64,000 bases of DNA from the NCBI GenBank assembly GCA_023515725.1, contig JALDTO010000251.1, positions 839,505 through 903,504 on the forward strand, written 5' to 3'. The notes beneath the pieces are model-generated. The model ran no database searches and had not been told where the DNA came from. It worked only from the letters and a program-made list of their open reading frames with translations. This document shows, in pieces, positions 1-11,285 of the stretch. Each line of letters begins with the position of its first letter. Within the stretch, counting starts at the first letter, position 1. This DNA comes from Amoeboaphelidium protococcarum X5. Taxonomy: Eukaryota; Fungi; Aphelidiomycota. The translations under genes and the position numbers were made by a program.

Positions 1-1339
1 AAGTACTTGTAATTGTTGTTGACGCAATAGTGGTTGACGCTGGAGTAGTGCTAATGGTGCTGGTTGTCGTAGTGATGGGAATTGTACTCGTGGTGGTGGT
101 TCTCGTCGTAATCGTAGTCGTTGTAGTCGTGGTGGTCAGTAGATATGATGCCTAGTATGGAGCCAAAGTTGTAGCAACCAGAGTAAAATCCTTATTTACG
201 AGCACAAACGCATTTCCATTCAGCAGCAAATTACTGGCACCTACACCTATTACTGTACGATCATCGAGCATTGTAAGTGATGTGAATATCATTGCGTGAG
301 CATCCCCGATTTAAGTTCCATAGATACCGTAGTATAAGCCTCCACTGAAAGTTTACATATTCGTCATGAAAAACCAGCGATCATCTAGCCATGGATTAGT
401 AGTACCGACTGACATGACAATATTAGACGATTGATCGACTTGAATATCATATACTCTATCGTATCCTTGCTAACCATACACAAAAAATGAAGTATCCAAT
501 GTGCCATCCAAACCATATCTTACCACAAGAGTAGCATTTTCATTAAAAGAAAAAGCAATGGTCGCATCGAGAGTGTACTAACCATTCCACGTTCCACCAG
601 CATACAAGAAACCACGGTGGAATTTCACGGTGTTGAACTCGGTCAAGACGTTAGTGAACAGAGTTCTCTACCATCGCAAAGTGAAGATACCAGAGGACGG
701 TACAGCATAGCTGGCCAGGAATCCCTAACGTTAATTAGATTACCACACGCTACCAGCAACGACAAGATTGAGATCATCCTGGTTGACTGAGGATCGAATC
801 AAATCATCAACACCAAGATCAATGACGATACGATTCAACTGGGCGCCACTGGATGCATTGATAGACATCACTTGACCATCCATACCACCAAAAAAGCTCA
901 GCGGATCATTCTTAGTCTATCCAGTCACTGTGATTAGATTTTTGACCACAAACAGCTACACATTCCAGCCAATGTTATCCAATCCCGATGTACCATACGT
1001 TTAAGTCCAAACCACTGAGCCATTGTTAAGAATACGCGATGCATACACATAGCCGTTAGTAGTATTCTTCACCTGACCAGTGACGTAGACATCACCAGTT
1101 TACTGATTCAGCGCAATACCATAAGGCATGTCGACACCGGAGACCAGTTGATTAGCTTTCCACGTAAACTGCCTCACAATGGAGCCATTTTTGGAAATCA
1201 CCAGTATCATACTGTTGAAAGTTGTTTTAGCCTAACAGGCAGCATAAGCAGTGTTATCACCAACACGGGCAACCACAGAGTAGCAGTAGGTGGCCAAATT
1301 ATTCACCAGAAATTGATTGTTGGCAGAGCTGATGGACAT
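1..1339 (-). CDS. Receptor-like kinase paralogue 1, 5' part only (beta-propeller-like ectodomain and short Thr stalk; continues off the left edge)
   Basis: Near-identical to 7886-9423. Open from ATG at 1339 when TAA/TAG=Gln (MSISSANNQFLVNNLATYCYSVVARVG...DVYVTGQ...GSVVWTQTYG). Confidence 0.8.
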
Positions 1340-2089
1340 TTCAAATTGCTCGATAGATTTGCCGATTAGTAGTTGAGCTTGTGCTTAAGTTGTCGCTCTA
1401 TGAATAAGGATGAATAGTGTCAAAGTGGAAAGGAGATAAAGTAGGATAAGGATTCGCTACAGGTTGCCCGGCTCTTATTCTATTTATAGCCCAGCATATA
1501 ATCTCAAACGAGCCAATCGTTTTTCAACTACTGTACAAAGCACCTTTGTTAGCAAGCACCTACTTTCCCGCAAACATTCAGGTGTGGAACAAAATAATTA
1601 ATCCTATATGATAACCTCACTTTATCGCAGTAATGGGGCATTTCAGTGGCAAAGATGCTTCTTAAAGTCTGCGCATCATTCCCCGTTGAAAAGTAATTGT
1701 TTCAATTTGCAATGGATATAGATGTCACACAGAAGGATAGTAACGTACTGACTGAAGGTCTTTGTCACGCGTCTTACTAACTCTCTGACGGGATTTTCCA
1801 TAAGACTATAATGTGATCCCGTGAACCACTAAAGATGGTTAAATCTCGTCAAAAGTAAATATTAAATGTAGTCGATAGAATCTTCTCATTGTGATAAATG
1901 AACGAGAGATCCAGGGATCAGCACCGTGATTAGGCAATCTAGCCGATTTATACCAACATAAACTGGATTTCGGGCTGAATACATAAAAAGAAGTGAAAAC
2001 TTTAAATCAATGCTCCGATAACATATCCATCCATTATGCGAATCAGGTGGCGTGATTGGATGACTTGAATCTGGATATTGGTTTTAATC
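3..2089. repeat. Segmental duplication, copy 1 (copy 2 = 7886-10186)
   Basis: Colinear near-identical match over coding and about 750 bp of upstream DNA, with a 201-bp indel in the Thr repeat. Similarity stops at TTAATC (2089 / 10186). Confidence 0.95.
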
Positions 2090-3962
2090 TATCAGACCAC
2101 GGTGAAACGGGTGAAGAATTATGCAGTAATCCCACTCTGCACAAGTGAAACAGAGATGCGTCTCTATTTCATAGCGCATCTTACTCTTCTTCTTCTTCCA
2201 TTAGATACACACCCAAACATTATTACTATTATGGCTAAACGTACCTGCATATTTGATGACATTGATAATGATACTGACTACTTTGCTGGTCCAAGACAAA
2301 GTAGTCACTCTCTTAACACGCAAAGGTCCACTGATCAATGGGTCAGAAAGTTTGAGGCGTACTTGACAGCCAAACGCGTCACGTACTGCACTGATTGGTT
2401 CAGATCCTCTGAAGGCAAGAAGACGTTTACCAATTTATTCTCCAACTTTGTTGAAAAAGTGAAAAAAGAAAATGGAGAATATTACACGGCTGATTCGCTG
2501 AAGACTGGTGTTTTTGCCTTAATCAGGTACTTTAAGGATCAAGTGCCTGATGTTCTTCTGGATTTTAACAATGACCATTTGCTGACTTAAAATTTGCGCA
2601 CCTTGGATAAAACTATGAAGAAACTGCAAGGTATGGGATTAGGTTTAAGAAAGTAGGCCAGAGTGTTGAGTGATGCTGAGTGGACTGCTCTCGTTAGGAA
2701 GCAAGATGCTGATACTCCTTCAGGATTACTCAATCTTGTGGTACTGCATTTGAGTCTCCACTGTGCATTTCGTGGACAAGAACACGTTGAAGTTATGAGA
2801 TCTCTTTTGAAAAAACATGAAACAGGTGGAATTGTTCATTATTAGTATACGATCCCGGTGGAGAAAAACAATCAAGGTGGTCTGCACGGCAATTATGAAC
2901 CACGAGTTTGCAATATCCCTCCTGGCAGCGCGAAGGACTCTATCTAATTCCGTCCTGTTGATCTGATTGACAAGTATTTGAGTGTGCAACCTGAATCTCC
3001 TCCTGACAGACTCTTTCTGCAGCCAATGAACTCAAAATCTGGAGTTGTTTGGTACAAAAGATAGCCAATTGGTGTGAATGGATTCGGTTACATATTGAAA
3101 CAATGCGTTGAAGAATGTGGTCTGCAAGGCCACATAACATGGCATACTATACGTGCTACTGGTATTACTAGTCTGGCTCAACGCAGAGTTTCCGAGTAGT
3201 TGATCAAGTAGTATTCCGGTCATCGAAGTTACACTGCTGTACCCGAGTACACTCGTCGCACCGCTGATGATAAGATGAATGTCGCACGTTTGCTGCAATC
3301 TTCTAATATTGCGACTGGTCAAGTCACTGAACAGGATATCCTTGCGCTGATTCATGAAGAGGATCAACCGTGCTTGGAGTAAGATGCAGTAGCTACTGCT
3401 ATGAACGAAGTCAGTCAAAATATTAACTCTACGAGCTTAGCTGAGGTTGTTAATACTGCTTAGTCTGCTGCCGTGTAAACTGCTGCTTAGCCTGCTGCTG
3501 TATCAACTGCATATTCTCCTTCTTTGGAACCTGTTTATACAGCTTTGCCTATTATCACTCAACCTCATCCTCAAGTTTCCACCTCCTTGGTTGGCTCTGG
3601 GTCTAAGTTTGCTTCTAATATCAATTATCCATCTGAGAATGAGTAAGACAACTGGAACCAATTGCAATAGCGCGTAAAGCGCCAACGTATCACCACTTCT
3701 GAGACAGTTGACAATCGTTCCCTGGTAAATAAGTATCGTAACAAAAGTAGTATTGTCAAAAATGCTCAAAATAAGATTATATTTAGTGGAAATGGCACTA
3801 CAATCAATATGAATTTACATTTCCACAATTGAGTCTTGGTAGTCAATCCCACAATATCTGATAAAAATGAAGATTCTGAAGTAATGAAGTAACAACTGTT
3901 TTCCTGATTAATGTTTGGTAGTTTTCAGTCGCTGTTCCGAGTAGTTGGGCCTGATAGATTAA
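2084..3962 (+). mobile_element. Crypton-type tyrosine-recombinase DNA transposon, apparently intact
   Basis: Perfect 12-bp terminal inverted repeats TTAATCTATCAG (2084-2095) / CTGATAGATTAA (3951-3962), each with TTAA outermost, enclosing a single recombinase ORF. Confidence 0.8.
2231..3832 (+). CDS. Tyrosine recombinase (Crypton/DUF3504-like), 533 aa
   Basis: Uninterrupted ATG..TGA ORF in code 6 with motifs AFRGQEH, EKNNQGGL, RPVDL, WYKRQPIGVN, HTIRATG, SGHRS and PEY, i.e. the full R-K-HxxR-H-Y catalytic set. Confidence 0.88.
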
Positions 3963-4066
3963 CAAGCAATCGTGCACGTCTTGTGAGGCCATTACTGTAC
4001 AATTGCTGACTCTGCGCTTACATCTGAAATGCTACCTCACGCGTTCGGAACCATTTTGCATAATTA

Positions 4067-5256
4067 ATTGTACGAACATAGTGAGTCCAATTAATTTCAG
4101 AATTGCATTCTCGCGTGTAAAATGCACGAGAATTTTTCGTGAATTCCACTCTTTTCTGAAACGGATAGCTAGTTGACTCTGAAATGACATCTCTAACCTG
4201 AAACGAACTTGATGTTGAAGATTCTCTTAAACTCATTCTTTCTTCATGAAGCATTCTATAACACTATAAACATAAATAAGAGCTAGTTTAAAGACATTTA
4301 TAAACTAGATATTTAAGATTTACAGACCAGGACTAGTCCTAGGATTTAGTTATTCATTCCACTTTGAAAAGTGCGCGCCTTGTTTCATGATGTTATTCAT
4401 TCCCTTAATATATAATTGCTGTATAGAGTATAATGTGACGTAAACTTTTCTGATATTGTTCGCAGAAGTTCCATGCACATTCTAGGACACAACATACTGT
4501 ATTCCTGACTTCTATTACGTCCCTCTAACAGCAGGATTTCAGAAAATCGCTGTCTAATGATGAAATGAAAATACGGTACATATAATGCTTTGGCCATCGC
4601 AAACGCGTCTTCAATTGACATTCACACTTAATTGCCTCAGGCTTACAGATTTAGCTACAGTATCGACGTTATAAATATCATGCTTATAGATACTTTAGCC
4701 AGTTTACTTTTGGGTGCAGTAATTCATTATAAACGTCTTATAACTTGCCAAAAGCTACCGACACGTATAGCGATAAGTAGACCGTTACCTTATTGAGATA
4801 CTTTGATACGTTGAGACTTTGTGTTCTTAGTTCTACTAAGCACATTATTATAGAACTTTCTAATTATGCATATTGCATTGATGTGACTAGTAAAGAAAAT
4901 GGATAGAAGGGGGGATGAACAATGTGGATACTAGTCGCACCACTCAAATTTCAGTACAATGAATAAGCATGCAAACTAGGCAACGAGTAACTAAATCGTT
5001 TACAGATTGACATGATTTAATACAAACCAATGTTTCCATTCCCTTCAAAATTCCGTGTGCATTTTACACGCCATTGAGTCTGCAATTAACTCGTAATTGC
5101 ACTGTCAGAAAATGTGCGATAGCGGAAAATCAAAGTCATTGTTGCGCATTAAGTTCAATTAATACGAATGTGTGAGTATTAATTTACTGAATGTAATATC
5201 CCTCACAAGCTCGTGAAATTACATTGTTCTAATTACTCTCACTTCGTTCGTGCAAT
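4067..5256. mobile_element. Putative non-autonomous element bounded by nested inverted repeats
   Basis: Outer IR 4067-4093 / 5230-5256 (21/27 match); inner perfect 15-bp IR GCGTGTAAAATGCAC 4113-4127 / 5057-5071; no convincing ORF inside. Confidence 0.5.
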
Positions 5257-5356
5257 ATATTTGACAACAACAACACTCACTTCGTTCGTGTCATTGTTGT
5301 TTCAGAAAAAGAAGAAATTTCATTTATACAGTTTGATCACAGTTACTCTCGTCTTC

Positions 5357-6010
5357 TCAGATATCGAATCGGCTTGTTTCCGACATGAATTGGACAATTC
5401 TTCTGCAAGCTTCTTTTTATTGCAGCAGTACTGATAGTTCAATTTTACTACACCATTACAGGACTGTTGGCCGCTCTTGATACAGAGGGCAATTCAGCAG
5501 TAGATGCGACATTGTTTCAAATTTCTCACCACATTCACAACCAGTAGATTTTCCGCCAATCCTACTAGTTACTGCGTTGATCGGCCCTTTATTTGTTCTA
5601 GACCAAGTCAGAAATTGCGACTATCTCGTCGATAAATCTTTATGCAAGCTTTCAACCTGGAACTTCTTCTCTTGAGATCTGGCCTTCTTCAGCTACTTGA
5701 CGCACTTTAACACCTAATTTGCCTTGGCAGGCTGAGCTCCTTGTGGCGTCCATCTGAAATGAACGTTAACTTTACCACAATTACTCGGGCAGACCACATT
5801 TAGTTATGTACTCAGAGGATTTTGATCAGAGAGATGTGACCATCTCAGCATTGTGTCCTCAAATCTGATTTATCTAGATCTTTCCCAGTAAGACATAGAA
5901 CTCTCATGCATCAACTGTTCCACGGAGGTAGTAGGAAAAGCTTTGCATATAACTCTTGCACTGAGATTCACTACTCTTTGGAGCTATAATCTTTGATGCT
6001 GTTTCAGAAA
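5357..6010 (-). mobile_element. 5'-truncated non-LTR retrotransposon (LINE) ORF2 C-terminal fragment
   Basis: Code-6 translation LQRVVNLSARVICKAFPTTSVEQL...LHKDLSTRQSQFLTWSRTNKGPINAVTSRIGGKSTGCECGEKFETMSHLLLNCPLY...ETSRFDI* matches the post-RT region and terminal CCHC zinc knuckle of LINEs. The 5' limit is approximate. Confidence 0.75.
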
Positions 6011-6474
6011 AAGGTGGCGCAACAATGGAATTTTCCGGCAATCGCACTCGGACGAGTGCAATTACCTATACAAATCTGCTTCTCGATTGAATACTATCGC
6101 GTGACTTGAATCGGCATGTGTACGTGAAGTATAGCTAATGAAGCTTTTGTAATACTTCAAGTCGTGTTCTTATCACCTTGGATCTATTGACTCAAATGAA
6201 CCACAGACTTGATATGTTGATTATACTGTACATATTCGTGTAACGAGTACTGCGCTAAACATCTTTCGTGTTTGTTGATCTTATAGTAAAGAAGATACAA
6301 GTTATTTTGCATGACCTTTATTGTATTAAATTTCCATTTTTATCATCAAGTTTTGCATTCCAGAATTTTTATATGACTTTGCACTGATCTTTTAACTAAA
6401 GCAAGTGGTAAATGACTCTCAGTAAACTGATCCCATAACTGCTCTGTCCTTAAATCTAAACCACTACATATTCA

Positions 6475-9423
6475 TCAACCCCACACGTTGCGACGGGTCA
6501 GCATCTCCAGCAATACCACTCCACCAGCGTAAACATCTCCAGCAAAATACGACACAATTCTGTGCCCAATAGGAGTTGAATTGCGAAATTGATGCAGAAT
6601 CTCAGGTGCCGCATAACTTATAGATGCACCTTTTATATTACCAGTTTAGAAAGCCTTAACTTTAAGCGTCTGCTCATCCACAATCTTTGACAATCCAAAA
6701 TCAGTCAGTACCGAAAACAACATCCCACTGTGTGGATCAAAATCTAGCAAAATATTTGCAGGCTTTATGTCTAGATGTACAATACCGCTTGAATGCATTA
6801 TGAAGAGCGCCTATGAGAGAGTTTTCATCAGATACAGCATCTACGGCTTTGTATATCTAAACTGGTACGCCATCTTACTATCTCCGTGAATGTAATCCTT
6901 CATGGACCCCAATTCATAAAATCGCAATAAGAGACCAGCAGGCTCTTCACTATACGCGTAAATATAAGCAAATCTAGGATCGTCTTTGAATCGGTACATT
7001 ATACTTAATTCCTGTAAGAAGATGGCTCGATTGTTATCAGACATACCCCGTGCACTGTCAGAGATTTATTTAAACAGCAGCTTTGTACCTGCTGGAACTC
7101 TCTACTACAATGATGGGTTCAAAACTTCAGCCAAGTAGATAGAGCCAACACCACCCGTGGTCAATAGATAAGATGTTCTAAAATCTATTCCGCACTATGC
7201 TAACATGAACGCTGGAACGGCAATTATATTGGATGCTACAAGAGTCGGTAATTGCATTTAAGTACCCGCATAAGCACCGGTATGAGTTACACTGTGAGAC
7301 ATGGTGGAAAGAGTGCTTTGATCCACCATCGATGATCCTTTAGTCTTTCTAGACATTGTACGCATTCTCCGCTTCATCACAAAGCATGTTGCTCCAATTG
7401 CTATTAGCGCGATAACCGCGATGCCGGCGATTAACGCGTATGCGCCAACCATACTTAGGGATTGGTTTTAATTAGCTTAGACATCGAGGTTACCAGAGGA
7501 AGTTTGCGCTCCACCTTGAGAAGTGCCCAAATTACTTAGATAAGAGCCTTCAGAAAATTATAGAAACCCGTTATAAGAAGTAGATTGTTGCCTAACAGTA
7601 CGTTGTTTACTTGAAGACATTGAAATCGACTAACTAGTGGATACTAAGCCAGACGAACTAGTCAGAGAGGACACAGCCGAGGAGTCATTAGCGGAAGACA
7701 TCATAGCAGACGTGGATGATCCATTCAATACCATCATTTAGTATTGAGTTGTGGCTAACGTAGAAGTAGTAGAGTTCCAGTAACTTGATAATAGCATTTA
7801 TGAAGTATCAGACGACTGAGCCAATACAGTTGATAATGAGGATGTACCAATAGATGTGACATTTGGAGTAAAAGTAGCACTAGATGTACTTGTAATTGTT
7901 GTTGACGCAATAGTGGTTGACGCTGGAGTAATGCTAATGGTGCTGGTTGTCGTAGTGATGGGAATTGTACTTGTGGTGGTGGTAGTCGCTGTAGGAATTG
8001 TACTTGTGGTGGTGGTTCTCGTCGTAGTCGTAGTCGTTGTAGTTATTGTTGAATTGGTAGTGGTTGAAGTCGTACTAGTCGTGGTGGTCGTTATCATAGG
8101 AGTCGTCGTAGTCGTGGTGGTCGTTATCATAGGAGTCGTCGTAGTCGTGGTGGTCGTTGTGATAGGAGTCGTTGTAGTCGTGGTGGTCGTTATCATAGGA
8201 GTCGTTGTAGTCGTGGTTGTCAGTAGATATGATGCCTAGTATGGAGCCAAAGTAGTAGCAACCAGAGTAAAATCCTTATTTACGAGCACAAACGCATTTC
8301 CATTCAGCAGCAAATTACTGGCACCTACACCTATTACTGTACGATCATCGAGCATTGTAAGTGATGTGAATATCATTGCGTAATTATCCCCGATTTAATT
8401 TTCAAAGATACCGTAGTATAAGCCTCCACTGAAAGTTTACATATTCGTCATGAAAAACCAGCGATCATCTAGCCATGGATTAGTAGTACCGACTGACATG
8501 ACAATATTAGACGATTGATCGACTTGAATATCATATACTCTATCGTATCCTAGCTAACCATACACAAAAAATGAAGTATCCAATGTGCCATCCAAACCAT
8601 ATCTTACCACAAGAGTAGCATTTTCATTAATAGAAGAAGCAATGGTCACATCGTAAGTGTAATAACCATTCCACGTTCCACCAGCATATAAGTAACCACG
8701 GTGGAATTTCACGGTGTTGAACTCGGTCAAGACGTTAGTGAACAGAGTTCTCTACCATCGCAAAGTGAATATACCAGAGGACGGTACCGCATAGCTGGCC
8801 AGGAATCCCTAACGTTAATTAGATTACCACACGCTACCAGCAATGACAAGATTGAGATCATCCTGGTTGACTGAGGATCGAATCAAATCATCAACACCAA
8901 GATCAATGACAATACGATTCAACTGGGCGCCACTGGATGCATTGATAGACATCACTTGACCATCCATACCACCAAATAAGCTCAGCGGATCATTCTTAGT
9001 CTATCCAGTCACTGTGATAAGATTTTTGACCGCAAACAGCTACACATTCCAGCCAATGTTCTCCAATCCCGATGTACCATACGTTTAAGTCCAAACCACT
9101 GAGCCATTGTTAAGTAAACGCGATGCATACACATAGCCGTTAGTAGTATTCTTCACCTGACCAGTGACGTAGACATCACCAGTTTACTGATTCAGCGCAA
9201 TACCATAAGGCATGTCGACACCGGAGACCAGTTGATTAGCTTTCCACGTAAACTGCCTCACAATGGAGCCATTTCTGGAAATCACCAGTATCATACTGTT
9301 GAAAGTTGTTTTAGCCTAGCATGCAGCATAAGCAGTGTTGTCACCAACACGGGCAACCACAGAGTAGCAGTAGGTGGCCAAATTATTCACCAAAAATTAA
9401 TTGTTGGCAGAGCTGATGGACAT
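6475..9423 (-). CDS. Receptor-like Ser/Thr (TKL-type) kinase: beta-propeller-like ectodomain, Thr/Ser stalk, TM helix, kinase domain ending just after subdomain IX
   Basis: 982-aa ORF in code 6; TM VGAYALIAGIAVIALIAIGATCFVM; kinase motifs TGGVG, VHLDIKPANILL, DFGLSK, YAAPE, DVYAGGVVLLEML; TGA at 6477-6475. An in-frame signal-peptide-like stretch lies upstream to about 9540, so the true start may be further 5'. Confidence 0.85.
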
Positions 9424-10186
9424 TTCAAATTGCTCGATAGATTTGCCGATTAGTAGTTGAGCTTGTGCTTAAGTTGTCGCTCTATGAATAAGGATGAATA
9501 GTGTCAAAGTGGAAAGGAGATAAAGTAGGATAAGGATTCGCTACAGGTTGCCCGGCTCTTATTCTATTTATAGCCCAGCATATAATCTCAAACGAGCCAA
9601 TCGTTTTTCAACTACTGTACAAAGCACCTTTGTTAGCAAGCACCTATTTTCCCGCAAACATTCAGGTGTGGAACAAAATAAATAATCCTATATGATAACC
9701 TCACCTTATCGCAGTAATGGGGCATTTCAGTGGCAAAGATGCCTCCATAAGTCTGCGCATCATTCCCCGTTGAAAAGTAACTGTTTCAATTTTGCAATTG
9801 ATATAGATGTCACACAGAAGGATAGTAACGTACTGACTGAACGACTTTGTCACGCGTCTTACTAACTCTATGACGGGTTTTTCATAAGACTATAATGTGA
9901 TCCCGTGAGCCACTAAAGATGGTTAAATCTCGTCAAAAGTAAATATATATATATGAAGTCGATAGAATGTTCTCATTGTGATAAATGAACGAGAGATCCA
10001 GGGATCAGCACCGTGATTAGGCAATCTAACCGATTTATACCAACATAAACTGGATTTCGGGCTGAATACATAAAAAGAAGTGAAAACTTTAAATCAATGC
10101 TCTGATAACATATCCATCCATTACTGGTTACTATGCGAATCAGGTGGCGTGATTAAATGATTTGAATCTGGATATTGGTTTTAATC
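7886..10186. repeat. Segmental duplication, copy 2 (copy 1 = 3-2089)
   Basis: Colinear near-identical match to 3-2089. Confidence 0.95.
7930..8222 (-). repeat. Coding minisatellite, 33-bp units encoding P(M/I)(I/T)TTTTTTTT (mucin-like stalk)
   Basis: About four tandem GTCGTAGTCGTGGTGGTCGTTATCATAGGAGTC-like units plus degenerate Thr runs. Confidence 0.85.
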
Positions 10187-10500
10187 AATTAATAAAAGTG
10201 GTAAAACGTATAATAACGCCACTGTTTCAATTACAAGTTTTTGATTTAATGTTGTCGAATATAGAACTAGAACTATTGCAACTTAGTTATCTTTATTTAC
10301 TTTATCAAATGCCTCTGACGTGAGCTTCAATCAACAGCCGGTCGTTACATTGATTGCTCCACCTTACCAGTTCTCATTGCACAATTCATGTGTCATCCAT
10401 CATCCAAAACTTGAATAAATATCTATAAAGTTCATATATATATATATATATCATATACACACACTCATCATCATCATTGATTGTACAGTAGATGCAATCT

Positions 10501-10911
10501 TCATTAACCGGAATATACCACGCAGTTATTCTCAGTCTCCCATAATTCAATTTTATCCAATGTTATAGTGGATGGAAGCTTTGAGGCAATCTCTTGGTAA
10601 AAGAAAACTGACAAATTTTCGGTGGTGGAAACTCGATCAGCAAACCACTCCACGTCCATGTCCAAGTGCATGTGATCAACTTGCTGCACCACTGACTTTA
10701 CAATCTACTTCAAGTCTGATATATTGAAGATCATACCTGTACTCTAATCTATTTCGCCAAGTATATGCACCAGGAGAGTGTAGTTGTGTCCATGTCCATT
10801 TGGGTTATTACACTTGCCATACAGCTCCCGGTTCTCTTCAACACTCATGGCTTTATTATGCAATCTATGAGCGCATGAGAAAGTCTCTCTCCTAATAAGT
10901 CGGGCTTTCAT
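10501..10911 (-). CDS. PTS: 6-pyruvoyl-tetrahydropterin synthase, 136 aa
   Basis: FSCAHRLH...GKCNNPNGHGHNY...TGMIFNISDLK...DH.HLD.DV.WF...STTENL...ETENN; ends YSG-TAA(Q)-TGA. Confidence 0.95.
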
Positions 10912-11151
10912 TATTGTGATATTTCAATTACTGGTTCAATACGTATGTTATTATAATGATGATATAAAGTTCAATGAATAATAATGTTTAAAGAACGAGA
11001 GTGAGAGAGAAACCAGGGGAAGATGATGGATGATATCTTTAAGCCAAGAATCCCACAGGTCGGAAAGAACGAGCGCAGCCTTGCAGGTCTTTAAGCCCGC
11101 GCTATCTCAACAGATCTCTTCTTAGTGACTCTCTCCTCTCCCCCCACTCAC

Positions 11152-11182
<31 letters not shown>

Positions 11183-11285
11183 CTATCTTTGACTGAGAAA
11201 GTGTCCAGTGGGCGTTTTTTATCCATCTTTAATTGTTTAACCAGTTTAGTTTATTTAAGTAAATTTTAAATAGCAAAATAGGGTT

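Noticed and set aside
1148-1369. Duplicated 73-aa plus-strand ORF (also 9232-9453)
   Set aside because: Antisense to the kinase ectodomain; conserved only because the segment is duplicated.
7930-8222. CRISPR-like periodic repeat
   Set aside because: No unique spacers; it is a coding 33-bp minisatellite in a eukaryote.
7856-8239. Val-rich plus-strand ORF
   Set aside because: Antisense shadow of the Thr-rich stalk of the minus-strand receptor kinase.
10434-10475. (TA)n/(CA)n/(TCA)n run, and (CTTT)n at about 11150-11180
   Set aside because: Ordinary microsatellites in UTR or promoter DNA.
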